Part shown: in pieces, positions 21,621 through 32,352 of the stretch | Numbering within the stretch: position 1 is the stretch's first letter | Layout: each line of letters opens with the position of its first letter | Origin: an uncultured archaeon | Lineage (GTDB): Archaea; Thermoproteota; Bathyarchaeia; Bathyarchaeales; Bathycorpusculaceae | Reading direction: 5' to 3' | Length of the DNA stretch: 64,000 nt | NCBI GenBank assembly: GCA_963782915.1 | Contig: CAWALK010000019.1 | Location: 1-64,000, forward strand | The notes under the pieces: model-generated | The model's input: only the letters and a program-made list of their open reading frames with translations | The model's database searches: none | What the model was told of the DNA's origin: nothing | Translations under genes and position numbers: made by a program

Positions 21621-22138
21621 AACGACTCCCGAAAGACTACCTCGCTTGCGGGTCGTCTGCTTCTAGCCCGCGGCGACTCATTAGGGTAACCCACAGGAAT
21701 CAACGCAATTGGCTTCATGTGTGGGGGGGCATTGATTACTTTTCTTATTTCTTCTTCACGAAAAGCACCCATCCAGCAGGTACCTAAACCCATGGAGCAG
21801 GCTGCTAAGAGAATGTTCTCGATGGCAGCAGATGTATCCTGATAGCAATATAGTGATTTGCCCCGTTCACCGTAGCTTTCCTCCGCACGTTTCAAATCCG
21901 CGCATACTACGAAGACGACTGATGCTTCTTCTAGCCACTTCTGCCCAAACGCTGCTGTTGCGAGTGCCTCTTTTGTTTTTTGCTCAGTTGCAACTACGAA
22001 TGCCCATGACTGCGCGTTGCCTGCAGACGGCGCTGCTCTGGCGGCATCGATGAGTTGGTTAATGGTTTCTTGGGTTAATTCCTGTTTTTTGTATGATCGT
22101 ATGCTTCTTCGGTTCTTGATTGCTTCAAAAAGCTCCAT
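21617..22138 (-). CDS. Nitroreductase family protein
   Basis: RRSIRSY, APSAGN.Q.W, GLGTCWMG, IPVGYP. Confidence 0.92.
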   Translation of the reverse strand: MELFEAIKNRRSIRSYKKQELTQETINQLIDAARAAPSAGNAQSWAFVVATEQKTKEALATAAFGQKWLEEASVVFVVCADLKRAEESYGERGKSLYCYQDTSAAIENILLAACSMGLGTCWMGAFREEEIRKVINAPPHMKPIALIPVGYPNESPRARSRRPASEVVFRESF

Positions 22139-22474
22139 ATCCGCTACTCCTCTACTACAGATTCGTTTGTGAGTGTAAAAACCGTTTCTCTGCCCTTTCT
22201 CGGGGTTATGCGTAAGAGTCTTAAGGTTAGTTGTAGTTTTGACTTTTGGAATGATGTGCACTTAGAGTCTGAGCAAATGCTGTGAATAAGACTCGACGGG
22301 CGAACTGACCAAATTTCAATTTTAGAAACAATCGTTGCCCAGATTTTAACATGAATTAGACAGTGAAGTCATTCGAAGTAACTATGATAAGCGGAAAACT
22401 TATCAGTACTGTAGCTGTGAAGAAAACAGCACAACGCAAAGAGTATGCGATGCGCAATCGAGGTGAAACAAAAA

Positions 22475-22753
22475 ATGGTTGAAATGAAAGTCAATGCTTC
22501 CGAACTCAAAGGCGAAGGAAAAATCGTTGAAAAACTATCAGATTTCCTAAAAGACAAAACTGGCGGAGACGTCAGCACCGAAGGAAAAACTGTAACAGTC
22601 AAAGGCGAAGGCGAAGCACTCAGCAAAAAATATGTGCGTATAATCGTCAAAAAGTTCCTGCACAAGTATGAGCTATCCGAAACCTTCAAGGTTATCGGCG
22701 ACGAGGAAACACTGAAAATTAAAGAGCGCAAACTAGCCGAGGAAGAAGATTAA
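22475..22753 (+). CDS. rpl22e: Ribosomal protein eL22 (L22e)-like
   Basis: LSDFLKDK and LSKKYVRIIVKKFLHKYELSETFKVI match the eL22 pattern SKRYLKYLTKKYLKK..LR..LRVV; acidic tail; GAGGTGA SD. Confidence 0.75.
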   Translation: MVEMKVNASELKGEGKIVEKLSDFLKDKTGGDVSTEGKTVTVKGEGEALSKKYVRIIVKKFLHKYELSETFKVIGDEETLKIKERKLAEEED

Positions 22754-22887
22754 TTCTTTCCTTAATTATTATTTAATTTCATTTTTGTTTTTAACACCCG
22801 TTTTTTAGTGTCCTAATTGTAGAACACCCTGTTCGCAAGCTTAGCATTAAATCAAAACATGCCCTAACTATACCTGTTAATGAGCGT

Positions 22888-23088
22888 GTGAGGGTTGATG
22901 ATTTGAGCCATAAAAGTTTAGCCGTAGGTGGATTAGCTGTTTTTGTATCCGTCATAGTTGCAGCTGCAGTTTTGGCTACTTCCTATACTGCCCTAAGTTC
23001 CCTTCAAGCCATAAACCCAGTTGCAGCCCTCACCGCCATTACAGTCGCCCTCATTGGCGTTGTTTGGTTCAAAAAATCAAGCCACTAA
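22888..23088 (+). CDS. Small two-TM membrane protein
   Basis: Two hydrophobic helices and a basic C-terminus. Confidence 0.55.
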   Translation: MRVDDLSHKSLAVGGLAVFVSVIVAAAVLATSYTALSSLQAINPVAALTAITVALIGVVWFKKSSH

Positions 23089-23212
23089 ACATCATTTATT
23101 GGGCTTAGTAATCTATACAATCCTCGCTTAGTCCAGTTTGAAGGTTTTACGAGTAAAAAGTTTCGATGGTTATTTAGCGGGCAAGGAAAAAAGAGAAAAC
23201 GAGGGGTGGCCA

Positions 23213-23731
23213 CTATGATGGCGGGATATTAATAACTTCAGCTGTTGAGGCGTCAATTAAGCAGTAGCCATCATGCGTTAAGGGCATCAAATTAGAAGTA
23301 GCATCATAAGCGGCAATCTGCCACATATACCGTTGAGTAACTCCCTCTGCGCTAAAATGAGCGTAATCTGCCTGAACAGAAGGCACTACGCCAAGTACAA
23401 CTGTTTCATTAGATGCCTCATCAACGTAGCCATATACCATTTTGATGTCAACTCTTGTTGCGTTTAACTCCATGAGTCTATCTGCAGTCCAATCATTAGA
23501 TTCAAACGCTACCTCGAGTGCATCCTCCATAGATACTGGTGGAGCAAACGTGGCATTCTGGTTGTCGTTTCTGATTTTATCCAATGTGTCGTGGTAGAAA
23601 GCACTATTACTTCTTTCCTGCGTTAAATCCGTCAGTCTTTGAGATGCGTCAGTATACAAAACTGCAGTGGTTCCCAACAAAACGGTGAGGGCAACCGCTA
23701 AACCTGCTAAAATTATTACTGTTTTATTCAT
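23213..23731 (-). CDS. N-terminally anchored exported protein (PepSY-like C-terminus)
   Basis: Signal anchor; VSMEDAL..W....LIDASTAEVI pattern. Confidence 0.6.
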   Translation of the reverse strand: MNKTVIILAGLAVALTVLLGTTAVLYTDASQRLTDLTQERSNSAFYHDTLDKIRNDNQNATFAPPVSMEDALEVAFESNDWTADRLMELNATRVDIKMVYGYVDEASNETVVLGVVPSVQADYAHFSAEGVTQRYMWQIAAYDATSNLMPLTHDGYCLIDASTAEVINIPPS

Positions 23732-23996
23732 TGCTTGTTCCTCTGAATTTTAAGCAAGCAAGCCTTTGGGTGCTAATAAGTTTTATTTGCTACCGATTCA
23801 GACTCAGGAACAATCGAAAAGCAAGCTATTTAGGGGAGTTGGAGTTTACCCATGTATTAGGAAAAAATTTAGTGTTTCCTATTTTGGCAAGAAAAAAAAT
23901 TAATGAAAAAGCGGTTGGTTTTCACGGCATATTTTCTTTCCCCGCTCTTTTTCTGCCTGTAAATAACTATTACCGCAATGAATACAATTAGGGCTA

Positions 23997-25165
23997 TTAC
24001 TGCAGCGATTGAGTAGTATATCCAGTCAGACTAGCTATTGCGGCAGTGGATATTGCGGTTCCAAAAGCATACAACTGGCCATCATAGGACCCAATGTAGA
24101 CTACTCCGTTAGCAATGCAAGGCGAAGAAACTACTGAGCCGCCTGTTGTGTAGTTCCATATTTTGGGCCGTCTGTTATGTTCAATGCATATACATTGCAA
24201 TCGATTGATCCGAAGTAGAGTATGTCGTTGGTAACGCAAGGAGACGAAGTTAATACGTCGTTTGTCGTGTAGGTCCAGATTTTGGCGCCAGATGATGCAT
24301 TCAAAGCATACATGTTACAATCAACCGAATCAACGTAGACTACACCGTTAGCAACACAAAGACCCGATATATGGTCATTGGCTGTGAAGGACCAAATTTT
24401 TGCGCCCGAAACCGCATCTAGCGCATATAAGTTATGGTCGCGTGATCCAAAGTAGGCTATGCCATTGACAACGCAAGGCGTTACACCCATGTAATTATCT
24501 GCCTTGTAGCTCCAAATTTTAGCGCCCGAGGATGCATTCAAAGCGTATGCATAACCGTCGCTTGAACCAATGTAAACAATCCCATTAACTACACAGGGAG
24601 ACGAAAAAACGGCGTAACCTGTTGCGTAGTTCCAGATTTTGGCGCCTGAAGTTGCATTCAGGGCATATACGTTATAATCGAAAGATCCAACGTAAACTAT
24701 GCCGTCTGCGACACAAGGCGATGAAAGTACAACTTCTCCAGTTGTGTAATTCCAGATTTTTGTACCCGACGATGCATCCAAAGCATACACATTACTATCA
24801 CCTGCACCTACGTAAACAACACCATCGACAACGCATGGTGAGGACATTATGCCACCGACAATTGTACAATTCCAGACTTTGGCACCTGAATCAGCATTCA
24901 AAGCATATACGTTACCGTCGCTTGAACCAACGTAGACTATGCCGTTGACAACACAAGGAGAGGAACCTGCATCGTCATTGGTTGTGTAGTTCCATAGGAT
25001 TTGGTTTGTTGTGGGCCCAGTCGAGTTTACGTAGCCGGTGTGGGCTATGTCATGGTGGAACATTGGCCAATCATTTGCCAAAGCAAGACTGTTACTAGAT
25101 ATACTTAGGCAAGTGAGAAAACAGGATAATATTAGTATGGTTGTGATTGTTTTTTTGTTATGCAT
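23997..25165 (-). CDS. Secreted PQQ-binding-like beta-propeller repeat protein (frameshift near 24160)
   Basis: DWPMFHHD, then about eight 40-aa repeats SSPCVVNGIVYVGS.D.NVYALNA.SGAKIW. Confidence 0.92.
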
Positions 25166-25322
25166 TACTTTCGCCGTTGACCGAGAAGCGGCGATTGCTT
25201 CATTTAATATTTGTGTCTTAAGAAACCACATTAATAGTTTGTTTAATCGATTACATATTACCCGCAAAAAAAGCGCTGCCTAAAAACCAAAAACCACTTA
25301 ACTAAAGCTAAAAAATTGCTGA

Positions 25323-25721
25323 CTAAGCTTTTCGGCTTGCAAGTTTCGATTTAACCAACAAAATAAGCTCTTCCGGGCGCACTGGCTTATGTAAATAAGC
25401 ATCCACCCCTTTATCCATCGCTTGCATCCCCGTAACCAGCGAAGGATACCCCGTAAGCATAATTTTTATTGTATTTTGAAAATTCGCCTTGGACAAAACC
25501 TCAATTCCATCCATATCTGGAAGCTTCAAATCAACTATGGCTACGTCGTAGTGTTGGGTTTTGGATTTTTCAATGGCGTCTTTGCCTGTTTCGGCAGTGT
25601 CAGCGTCGAACCCGTTTTTTTCAAGAACCCTGACCATTGAGTTGAGCACTGATTTATCGTCGTCTATAACTAAAACTCGTTTCCTCGGGTTTTCAATGGG
25701 GATGGCTTCTTCTTTGGGCAC
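25323..25721 (-). CDS. Stand-alone response regulator receiver
   Basis: VIDDD, DLKLPDMDG, LTG, KP. Confidence 0.92.
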   Translation of the reverse strand: MPKEEAIPIENPRKRVLVIDDDKSVLNSMVRVLEKNGFDADTAETGKDAIEKSKTQHYDVAIVDLKLPDMDGIEVLSKANFQNTIKIMLTGYPSLVTGMQAMDKGVDAYLHKPVRPEELILLVKSKLASRKA

Positions 25722-25883
25722 TGTAAAACTCTCACTGATTGAAGAAGGGATTGTTCGCTTTTAATTATTGCTGGTGTAGTTAGGCAACAACATAACGGAT
25801 ACCAACGATTCTATAGTTTCGAGATTAGGCAGGATTATCGGCGCAGCTACGAAATGGCAGTTAGAAGTAAAATTCGCCTCTTC

Positions 25884-26414
25884 CTAAATCTGTCCCATTT
25901 TTCTGAACCGAACAAGTGTGCTCTTAGATTTATCCAAAAACATTTTCCCATCTGCATCGTTTAGGTAGGCGGTAAGTGTACCCAAAGTAGCCATTCCATG
26001 AACTACTTTAGTGTTAGGCAAGGCACTTTTTATTCCTCCAAAACCAGCCATGCAACTCAGAGCGATTGCTGCATCCGAGTCCCCGTAGGCTTTGGCTATG
26101 GCGTTGCGTGCTTTCTGGTTTAACTGGCAGAATGGCGGATTGGGCAGATTGAAGTATTTGGTGCTAACGGTTTTTCCTTTGCTTTCCAGTAGCTGTTTTA
26201 TGCGGTTGGCTTCTTGAATTATTGGGTAGGGTTCAAAGTGGAATCCGAAGAAGGATGTTTTGCCGAGTTCCGATATGTCTTTTGCGTAGGCGAGGCTTTG
26301 GTTTGCGCAGTAGGGGCATTCGAATACGGTGATGTTTTTTGAGTCTCCGACTTCTCGAAGGATGTATGCGTCTGTTGCTATTTCTGAATAGCTTCCCAAA
26401 AACATTTCACCCAA
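25884..26414 (-). CDS. Cys-containing hypothetical protein, possibly related to the MetV/MTHFR small-subunit N-terminal domain
   Basis: CPYCAN, FCQ, DAAIALSCMAG pattern. Confidence 0.5.
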   Translation of the reverse strand: MGEMFLGSYSEIATDAYILREVGDSKNITVFECPYCANQSLAYAKDISELGKTSFFGFHFEPYPIIQEANRIKQLLESKGKTVSTKYFNLPNPPFCQLNQKARNAIAKAYGDSDAAIALSCMAGFGGIKSALPNTKVVHGMATLGTLTAYLNDADGKMFLDKSKSTLVRFRKMGQI

Positions 26415-26598
26415 TTTACTAGAACTATAACGGTTCTTTAAGAAAGTTTTATTGCTTGTTGGGCACTCAATGGTTCAAGATTTATCCAAAAAATTAATGC
26501 CTGCTTGCAATCCCCTTTGGTGTGTTCCTGCTGTAAGTATAATTGTGACTCTGGGAAGTTACCGAATACTTTTATTCAGGCCTCCATATTTTCTTGCC

Positions 26599-26973
26599 AT
26601 GAAGAACCTAAAACATAAAATTTTATTGGTTCTAGTCGCAATAACAATCATCGGTGAAGTTGCTTCAATAATTCTGTGGACAACAAATCGCCCTTTAGCA
26701 GGCCAACCTTCCGCACGTTTCACTCTGGCAGTTGATTACACAATAGCTGTTGCAAACGCCGCAGTTTTTGTGGCATTAAACGCTGTTGCATTCGCTTTGA
26801 TTTTTAGGGGAAAAAAGATAGGCCCCATTTTCCTGATTGCCATCTCAATACTAAACAGGATTATTTCTCATCCGATTTTCATCGGAGGCGTTCACGGTAT
26901 ATTCATAACATGGACTGCTGTACTGGTGGTTTTTGCTTACCTTGATTATCGAAGGCTTTCAAAAAAGAAGTAA
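26599..26973 (+). CDS. Four-TM membrane protein
   Basis: Hydrophobic ORF from MKNLK; resembles 17629-18042. Confidence 0.65.
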   Translation: MKNLKHKILLVLVAITIIGEVASIILWTTNRPLAGQPSARFTLAVDYTIAVANAAVFVALNAVAFALIFRGKKIGPIFLIAISILNRIISHPIFIGGVHGIFITWTAVLVVFAYLDYRRLSKKK

Positions 26974-27312
26974 CTAAATTTTTTCGCTTTTAGCTTCTTT
27001 TGCTGGGTTGTTTTTGGCAGCGTAAAATTAGGGCAAAAGGAAGGTTAAGCATGAACAATTAAAAAGAGGAGAAACAGCGGCATGGCAGTATGTTTGTGTT
27101 CATGCTTAACCAATTTTCTACCCGTCTGAGTTGGGTTAAATGCTTTTTTGTCACCGTTTCTGGACTAAACCAAAAAAAGTTAGTCAAGAAACCTTGACAA
27201 AGTGCGAAACAAACAAGTTGCCTGACAGTTTCATATTTTGAAAGCGGTTTCGCCTAACTTAAATACCTAATCAGCCCTCACATACACTAAAAACAACCCC
27301 CGAGGGAAAAAA

Positions 27313-28259
27313 ATGAACAGAATTCGTAACACTCCGCAACGTAAGCAAAAGCTTCGGCAACTTCCGCGCCCTAAACGACATATCCCTCGAAATCAAAGAA
27401 GGCGAAATCTTCGGCTACATAGGCCCCAACGGCGCAGGCAAAACCACCACCATGAAAATCCTAGTCGGATTAATCAGCGACTTCCAAGGCGAAATCACCA
27501 TAGGCGGCTGTGCTGTACCTAAAAATAAAGATGAAATACACAAGTTACTGGGTTATCTGCCCCAAGCGGTGGCGTTCCAAGATTGGCATACTGTCAATCA
27601 GGCGCTCAAGATTTTTGGCAAGCTTTCGGGGTTAACTGATGCTCAACTGGAAGAGCGCATCCCCAACATCCTGGCTTTGCTCGGTTTGGCGGATGCAAGG
27701 CATAAAAAAATTTCTCAGCTGTCTGGTGGAATGACGCAGAAGGTTGGGTTGGCGCAGGCGCTTCTCCATGAACCTAAACTGCTGGTCCTCGATGAGCCGT
27801 TGGGTGGATTGGATCCCTTGAGCCGTCACCAATTCAAAGACATAGTGAGTGCAATTGGCGAAGAAGGGTACAACCATCCTGTTTTCCTCACATATCCTAA
27901 GCGATGTGCAAGATGTTGCTGACCGAATCGGCATAATCAGCCACGGCAGAATAAAACAAGTCGGCACCCTCTCCGATCTCAAAGCTCAACTTATTCGCCA
28001 AAAAACCGTTGAAGTCCTCCTTGCAGGCGACAATGATAAATGGCAACAGCTAGACAAAGTCAGAGGCATCGCGAGTGTGACGCAGCCCCAAGCGGGCATC
28101 GTCTTGGCGAACCTCTTTGAAGGCGCAGATGAAGAGCAAGCCGTCAACGATGTGGTAGAGGCTGTTGTAAAGTTGGGCATTCGTGTACGAGGCGTCTGGC
28201 TATTGGAGCCTTCGCTTGACCAAATTTACTTTAACTATGTTTCGGAGGCTGAAAACTGA
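27313..28259 (+). CDS. ABC-2 exporter ATP-binding subunit (frameshifted)
   Basis: GPNGAGKTT in shifted frame, LSGGM, LVLDEP, SSH. Confidence 0.9.
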
Positions 28260-28925
28260 TGCAGTTAGGGTTGTTGTTTGCGGATGAACTTCGGGGATTC
28301 TACAAGTCCAAAGTCATGATTTTCCTCTGGGTCGGCTTACCCAGTAATCGCTTTGCTTTTCCGTTTCATTTCAGCAGGTAGTTCGGGACAGGAGATTCCT
28401 TTTACTCTTATCTCATCAATTGTGGTTTCCAGCATAGGCGGTACACTTTCAGCGGTGATGCTTGCGGTTTTCATAATTAACGAGAAGAACAGGCATGTCT
28501 ACGACCTTTTTCTCATCCGACCCCTAAAGCGTCGTGACATCATATTGGCAAAGTTCTTCTCCGTTTACACTTGCGTCGCAATAGCAAGCCTCATAGCCGT
28601 GCTTGTGGGGATAGTAGCGGATTTTGCCACTACAGGCACTTTAGCAACGACTGTTTTAATTGATGCAGGGCAATCTTTGGCAACCAGCCTATCCATGATA
28701 GCGGTTTCATGTGGTGCAGGAGTCTTGATAGGTGTAATTTCGCCCTCGGTGCTTGTAGGTGCCATTCTGGTCATTTACGGTGGCAACCAGATTTCTGTAA
28801 TTCCTTTGGTGCCGACACTGCTTAATCTGCAAAATGGGGCCGTCTTTACTATCGTCTTGGCTGTGGCTGTTGCTGCTGGGTTGCTTGCGGGTGCGGTCGC
28901 GTTGTTCAATAAAAAACAATTCTAG
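28259..28925 (+). CDS. ABC-2 exporter permease (frameshift near 28345)
   Basis: INEKN..L..RPL.R..I.LAKF motif; six TM helices; coupled to the ATPase stop. Confidence 0.82.
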
Positions 28926-28931
28926 CATAGC

Positions 28932-29169
28932 ATAGGGGAGGGGTCCCTCGTGAGAGCAACAGAGGCTAAAGCTAAGTTGCCTTATGCATCAGTGGATCCA
29001 AAATTGTTCGGTTATGCACCGATTTTCAGTATTGCGATTGCTTGTGGTTTGCTCCACAACCAGCCAGCAACTCCAAGCTGACGGGGACACCAAAAAGCAA
29101 TCGCCAGCAAAAGCCAGTGGTTGTTGTTGTGTATAGGGAGTTTTTGGCAACAACACACTGTAGAAAAAC
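28932..29169 (+). repeat. Composite dispersed repeat: degenerate A core (28932-28963) plus type B (29113-29169)
   Basis: ATAGGGGAGGGGTCCCTCG..AGCAACAG and GGTTGTTGTTGTGTATAGGGAGTTTTTGGCAACAACA. Confidence 0.7.
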
Positions 29170-29298
29170 AAGCATTACCAAAATAATTTGATCAACTAAA
29201 ATGGGAAGAACCTCTCATTTACCAATAGATCAATAACTTCTTATTATTTCCTAAATTGGGGTCTGGCGTACTTCGGTTCCCTTTTAGGTGGTTTGAAG

Positions 29299-29481
29299 CT
29301 ATCTTTGTGGTTTATTCAGCCACTCGGTTTGTAATTTAAGTTGTTCATCAAACTGCTTTTGTTCTTGAGTGTATCCACGGAATGCGATGTCTAAGAGTTG
29401 GTCTTCGCGGAGTTGGCGGTAGTGCTCTTTGCGTTTCTGGCGTTCAAGTTGGCGTCTTAGTCTTTTGAAGGGATCAGCCAC
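29299..29481 (-). CDS. Small charged helical protein
   Basis: 60 aa ending DEQLKLQTEWLNK. Confidence 0.5.
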   Translation of the reverse strand: MADPFKRLRRQLERQKRKEHYRQLREDQLLDIAFRGYTQEQKQFDEQLKLQTEWLNKPQR

Positions 29482-29491
29482 ATAAATGCGC

Positions 29492-29647
29492 CTACTTGCT
29501 TGTTTTTTCCTGTTTGTTTAGCCACTGATCGAGGGCTTGGAGTTGCTCGTCCCGTTTGGCTTGGGGTTCTTGGCGGTTCATGGCTTCTTCGAGTTTGCCT
29601 TGCTCCTGTTGTTGGCGTTTGAGTTCCTCTTGATATTTATCTTTCAA
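29492..29647 (-). CDS. Small charged helical protein (not in the ORF track)
   Basis: TTG start; MKDKYQEELKRQQQEQGKLEEAMNRQEPQAKRDEQLQALDQWLNKQEKTSK. Confidence 0.5.
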   Translation of the reverse strand: MKDKYQEELKRQQQEQGKLEEAMNRQEPQAKRDEQLQALDQWLNKQEKTSK

Positions 29648-29769
29648 ACAAAACGCCTCTAAATGATGATTGGTGGAGCGTGTATTTGTGGGTTTTTAGG
29701 TGCCAGCACACTGTACCATTAGCGCTCATTTGGGTTAATTACAATAAAAGTTAAGAGTTCCAAACCACC

Positions 29770-30087
29770 ATGCTTAACAAGAAGATGGGTGAATTGCAAA
29801 CAAAAAACGAACATCCCTATGTCACCGTTAACTCAAAAACCTGTGGCGGAAGCCCAGTTATAGCTGGAACACGCATGAGGATTGTAGACATAGCTATCGA
29901 ATACGAGTACCTCAACCACTCGCCAGACGAAATAATCAACGCCCATCCCCACCTAAAACTAGAACAAATCCATGATGCCCTATCATATTACTATGAAAAC
30001 AGGGCAGAGTTGGATAAGAAAATCAAAGAAGACAAACAATTCATCGGAAAACTGCTTGAAAACCAGAAAGTGGCAGATGACAACTAA
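29770..30087 (+). CDS. DUF433 antitoxin
   Basis: CGGSPVIAGTRMRI..SPDEI...HPHL..EQIHDALSYY. Confidence 0.9.
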   Translation: MLNKKMGELQTKNEHPYVTVNSKTCGGSPVIAGTRMRIVDIAIEYEYLNHSPDEIINAHPHLKLEQIHDALSYYYENRAELDKKIKEDKQFIGKLLENQKVADDN

Positions 30088-30416
30088 TCACATCCCTTAG
30101 AATTTATGCTGACGAAAGCGTAAACATGGCAATAGTCGAAGGGCTGAAGCGGCGTGGCGTGAATATCATCTCTGCAAAGGATTTAGGAAAATTAGGGTTG
30201 ACTGATGAGGAGCAGTTGGCTGTGGCTTTTGAGCATCAAGCAGTTATTTTTACTTGCGATGCCGATTTCCTTCGGATGGCGTTGAGCAAGCCTCATTTGG
30301 GGCTTATTTATGTGCATCAACAGAAATTGCTGATCGGTGAATGTATCCGAAGGCTAAAGATTATTGCTGCGACAAAGTCGGCGCAGGAAATGCAGAATCG
30401 AATTCTTTTCCTCTAA
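30077..30416 (+). CDS. DUF5615 PIN-like toxin (start uncertain or frameshifted)
   Basis: LRIYADESV upstream of Met 30126, D.EQL..A, IFTCDADF, H.G.I. Confidence 0.85.
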
Positions 30417-30481
30417 AGCGAGCTAACGTATTCTGATGGAAAATTTAATATTTACAATCCCCCTTGGCTGTCTCGATAAAG

Positions 30482-31282
30482 ATGCCACGGTACATCGCGG
30501 TAGTCGGCGGGAAACATTCCGGAAAAACCACCCTAACCCAACAACTAATCCGCACCCTCAAAAACAGGGGCTACCGTGTGGCATCCATTAAAGAGATGCC
30601 CAACGCCCAAACCATAGACACACCCGCGTCAACACATGACACTTGGAAGCATACACAAGCAGGCGCAGACATCGTCGTGGCTTGCCCAAAAAACGAAACA
30701 GTCCTATTTATCAACAAAAAACTTTGCTTAAACGAAATCGCGCCTTACCTTGAAGGCATGGATTTTGTTGTTTTAGAAGGCTTTGAAAAAGAGAAAAACC
30801 TGCCCAAAATTATTGCCGCAAAAACAGCAGAGGAAGCCGCATCTTTCAGTGATGGATTAGCCATCGCCATCTCAGGCATCATAGCCAACTCCAAAGAGGA
30901 AACACTGAAGGCGTCTGAACTTAAGATTCCAGTTTACAACATCACAACCCAACCTGAAGCGCTTGCAGATTTAGTCGAAAAAAAAGCCTTCACCCTGCTG
31001 CCAAACTTGCAGGGATGCGCCAGCTGCCACCCCACAGGTCCATGCGGCTACATAAACTGCCACGAATTCGCCAAAGCCATAGTTGCACAAAAAACTGCCG
31101 AGCGCTGCTGCCCACTTGACAAAAAGGAAGAGTTAGTTGTGGAGGTAAATGGGGTTAAGGTGCCACTGAAGGATTTTCCCGAGCGGTTTATTGAAGCGGC
31201 GCTAATTGGGATGTTTGGTTCGTTGCACGGCTGCGAAGATATCAAAACATTAAAGATTGAACTACACAAAAAAGAAAATTAA
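30482..31282 (+). CDS. mobB: Molybdopterin-guanine dinucleotide biosynthesis protein MobB with C-terminal Fe-S domain
   Basis: GGKHSGKTT, GYRVASIK, DT..H..AGA, VLEGF; C-terminal CASC..CGY..C..FA..CCP and VEVNG..VPLKDF. Confidence 0.87.
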   Translation: MPRYIAVVGGKHSGKTTLTQQLIRTLKNRGYRVASIKEMPNAQTIDTPASTHDTWKHTQAGADIVVACPKNETVLFINKKLCLNEIAPYLEGMDFVVLEGFEKEKNLPKIIAAKTAEEAASFSDGLAIAISGIIANSKEETLKASELKIPVYNITTQPEALADLVEKKAFTLLPNLQGCASCHPTGPCGYINCHEFAKAIVAQKTAERCCPLDKKEELVVEVNGVKVPLKDFPERFIEAALIGMFGSLHGCEDIKTLKIELHKKEN

Positions 31283-31304
31283 CCAAAAGAATAATGCGGT
31301 TAAA

Positions 31305-32262
31305 CTATGGTCTATAACCACTCAGTGTAGTCAAGGCTAAGGCTGCAGCAGTAATATCCGCTGTAGTTCCAGGGTTATAGTCGTTGCCAGCTTTTCGCAG
31401 CTTCTTATCAAACGCAATTAAGCATTCTTTGCCCTTCGCAGATTCGACGCCGCCTAAATCAAGGATTTCTTTTGCGCCTGCTGAGACTTCTTGGGCTTTT
31501 TCTTTGCCGACTTTGCGGGAAATGAATGTGTCTGGATGAGTGGCGAGGACTTTTAGGAAGGTGTTGACGATTGCGCTGTTGAGGTCTTTGTGTTTTAACT
31601 CGTTTTGCAGGTAGGGATAGGCAAGGTCGAAGGTGATTGGGAAGTTTTTTACCCATTCGCTGCAGATGTCATCGTAGCTTGAAGCGATTTTGAATACTTC
31701 GTGGAGGGTGACGTTTTCTTTGATTAAGCGGGTTTTGCTGTTTTGGTCTTTGACGTTTAGGTCTGGTGCGCCGTTGAGTCCGCTGGGTTTGGCAATGTCG
31801 ATAGCTTCGTAGACAGCTAAGGAATCCTGTGCGGTTGAGGCTTTGATGACTGCAGTCCATGTTTCTGCGCAGCACCGCATAATCCATGTTGTGCTTCTCA
31901 TCGGTTGGCGTCATGCCAGCCGCAACTGCTAATGGCGCAAACAACATAATCGTGCCAAGCAGGGTGTTGCCGCCATGTTGCCACTCATCGATGTCTTTGA
32001 TGCCCCACTTGATAAGTTCGCCTAAACCAGCCTCGGAGAGTAGGCGTTTTTTCTGGGAGATTTCGGTTCCGCGGTAAGCGGCATCTTGGAAGGATGGTCC
32101 AGCAGCAACAGAAGAAGCCAAGAAATGCTCAACTCTGGTGCCTTCGAAATCTACAACCAAATTTACGTTGCCTGGTTTGTCTGCGCTTACTTCAAGAATA
32201 ATCGCTAGCTGTAAGCATCTTTGTATATGCTGTGCTTTTATACAGTTGCAGTTGGTACCCAT
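31305..32262 (-). CDS. citG: Triphosphoribosyl-dephospho-CoA synthase (CitG) family, archaeal type (frameshift near 31860)
   Basis: LEVSADKPGNV, NTLLG, PDTFISRKVG, NPGTTAD. Confidence 0.88.
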
Positions 32263-32352
32263 TTGGATGCACCGTTCTATTAGGGTTCCAAAAAAGCCTT
32301 ATTAACGTTATGTAAAAAACTACAAACAAATGAAGAAGGATACAACCGTGGA

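Noticed and set aside
24131-25000. 120-bp periodic DNA repeats as a possible CRISPR or DGR array
   Set aside because: They are the in-frame 40-aa PQQ propeller blades; no spacers, cas or RT genes.
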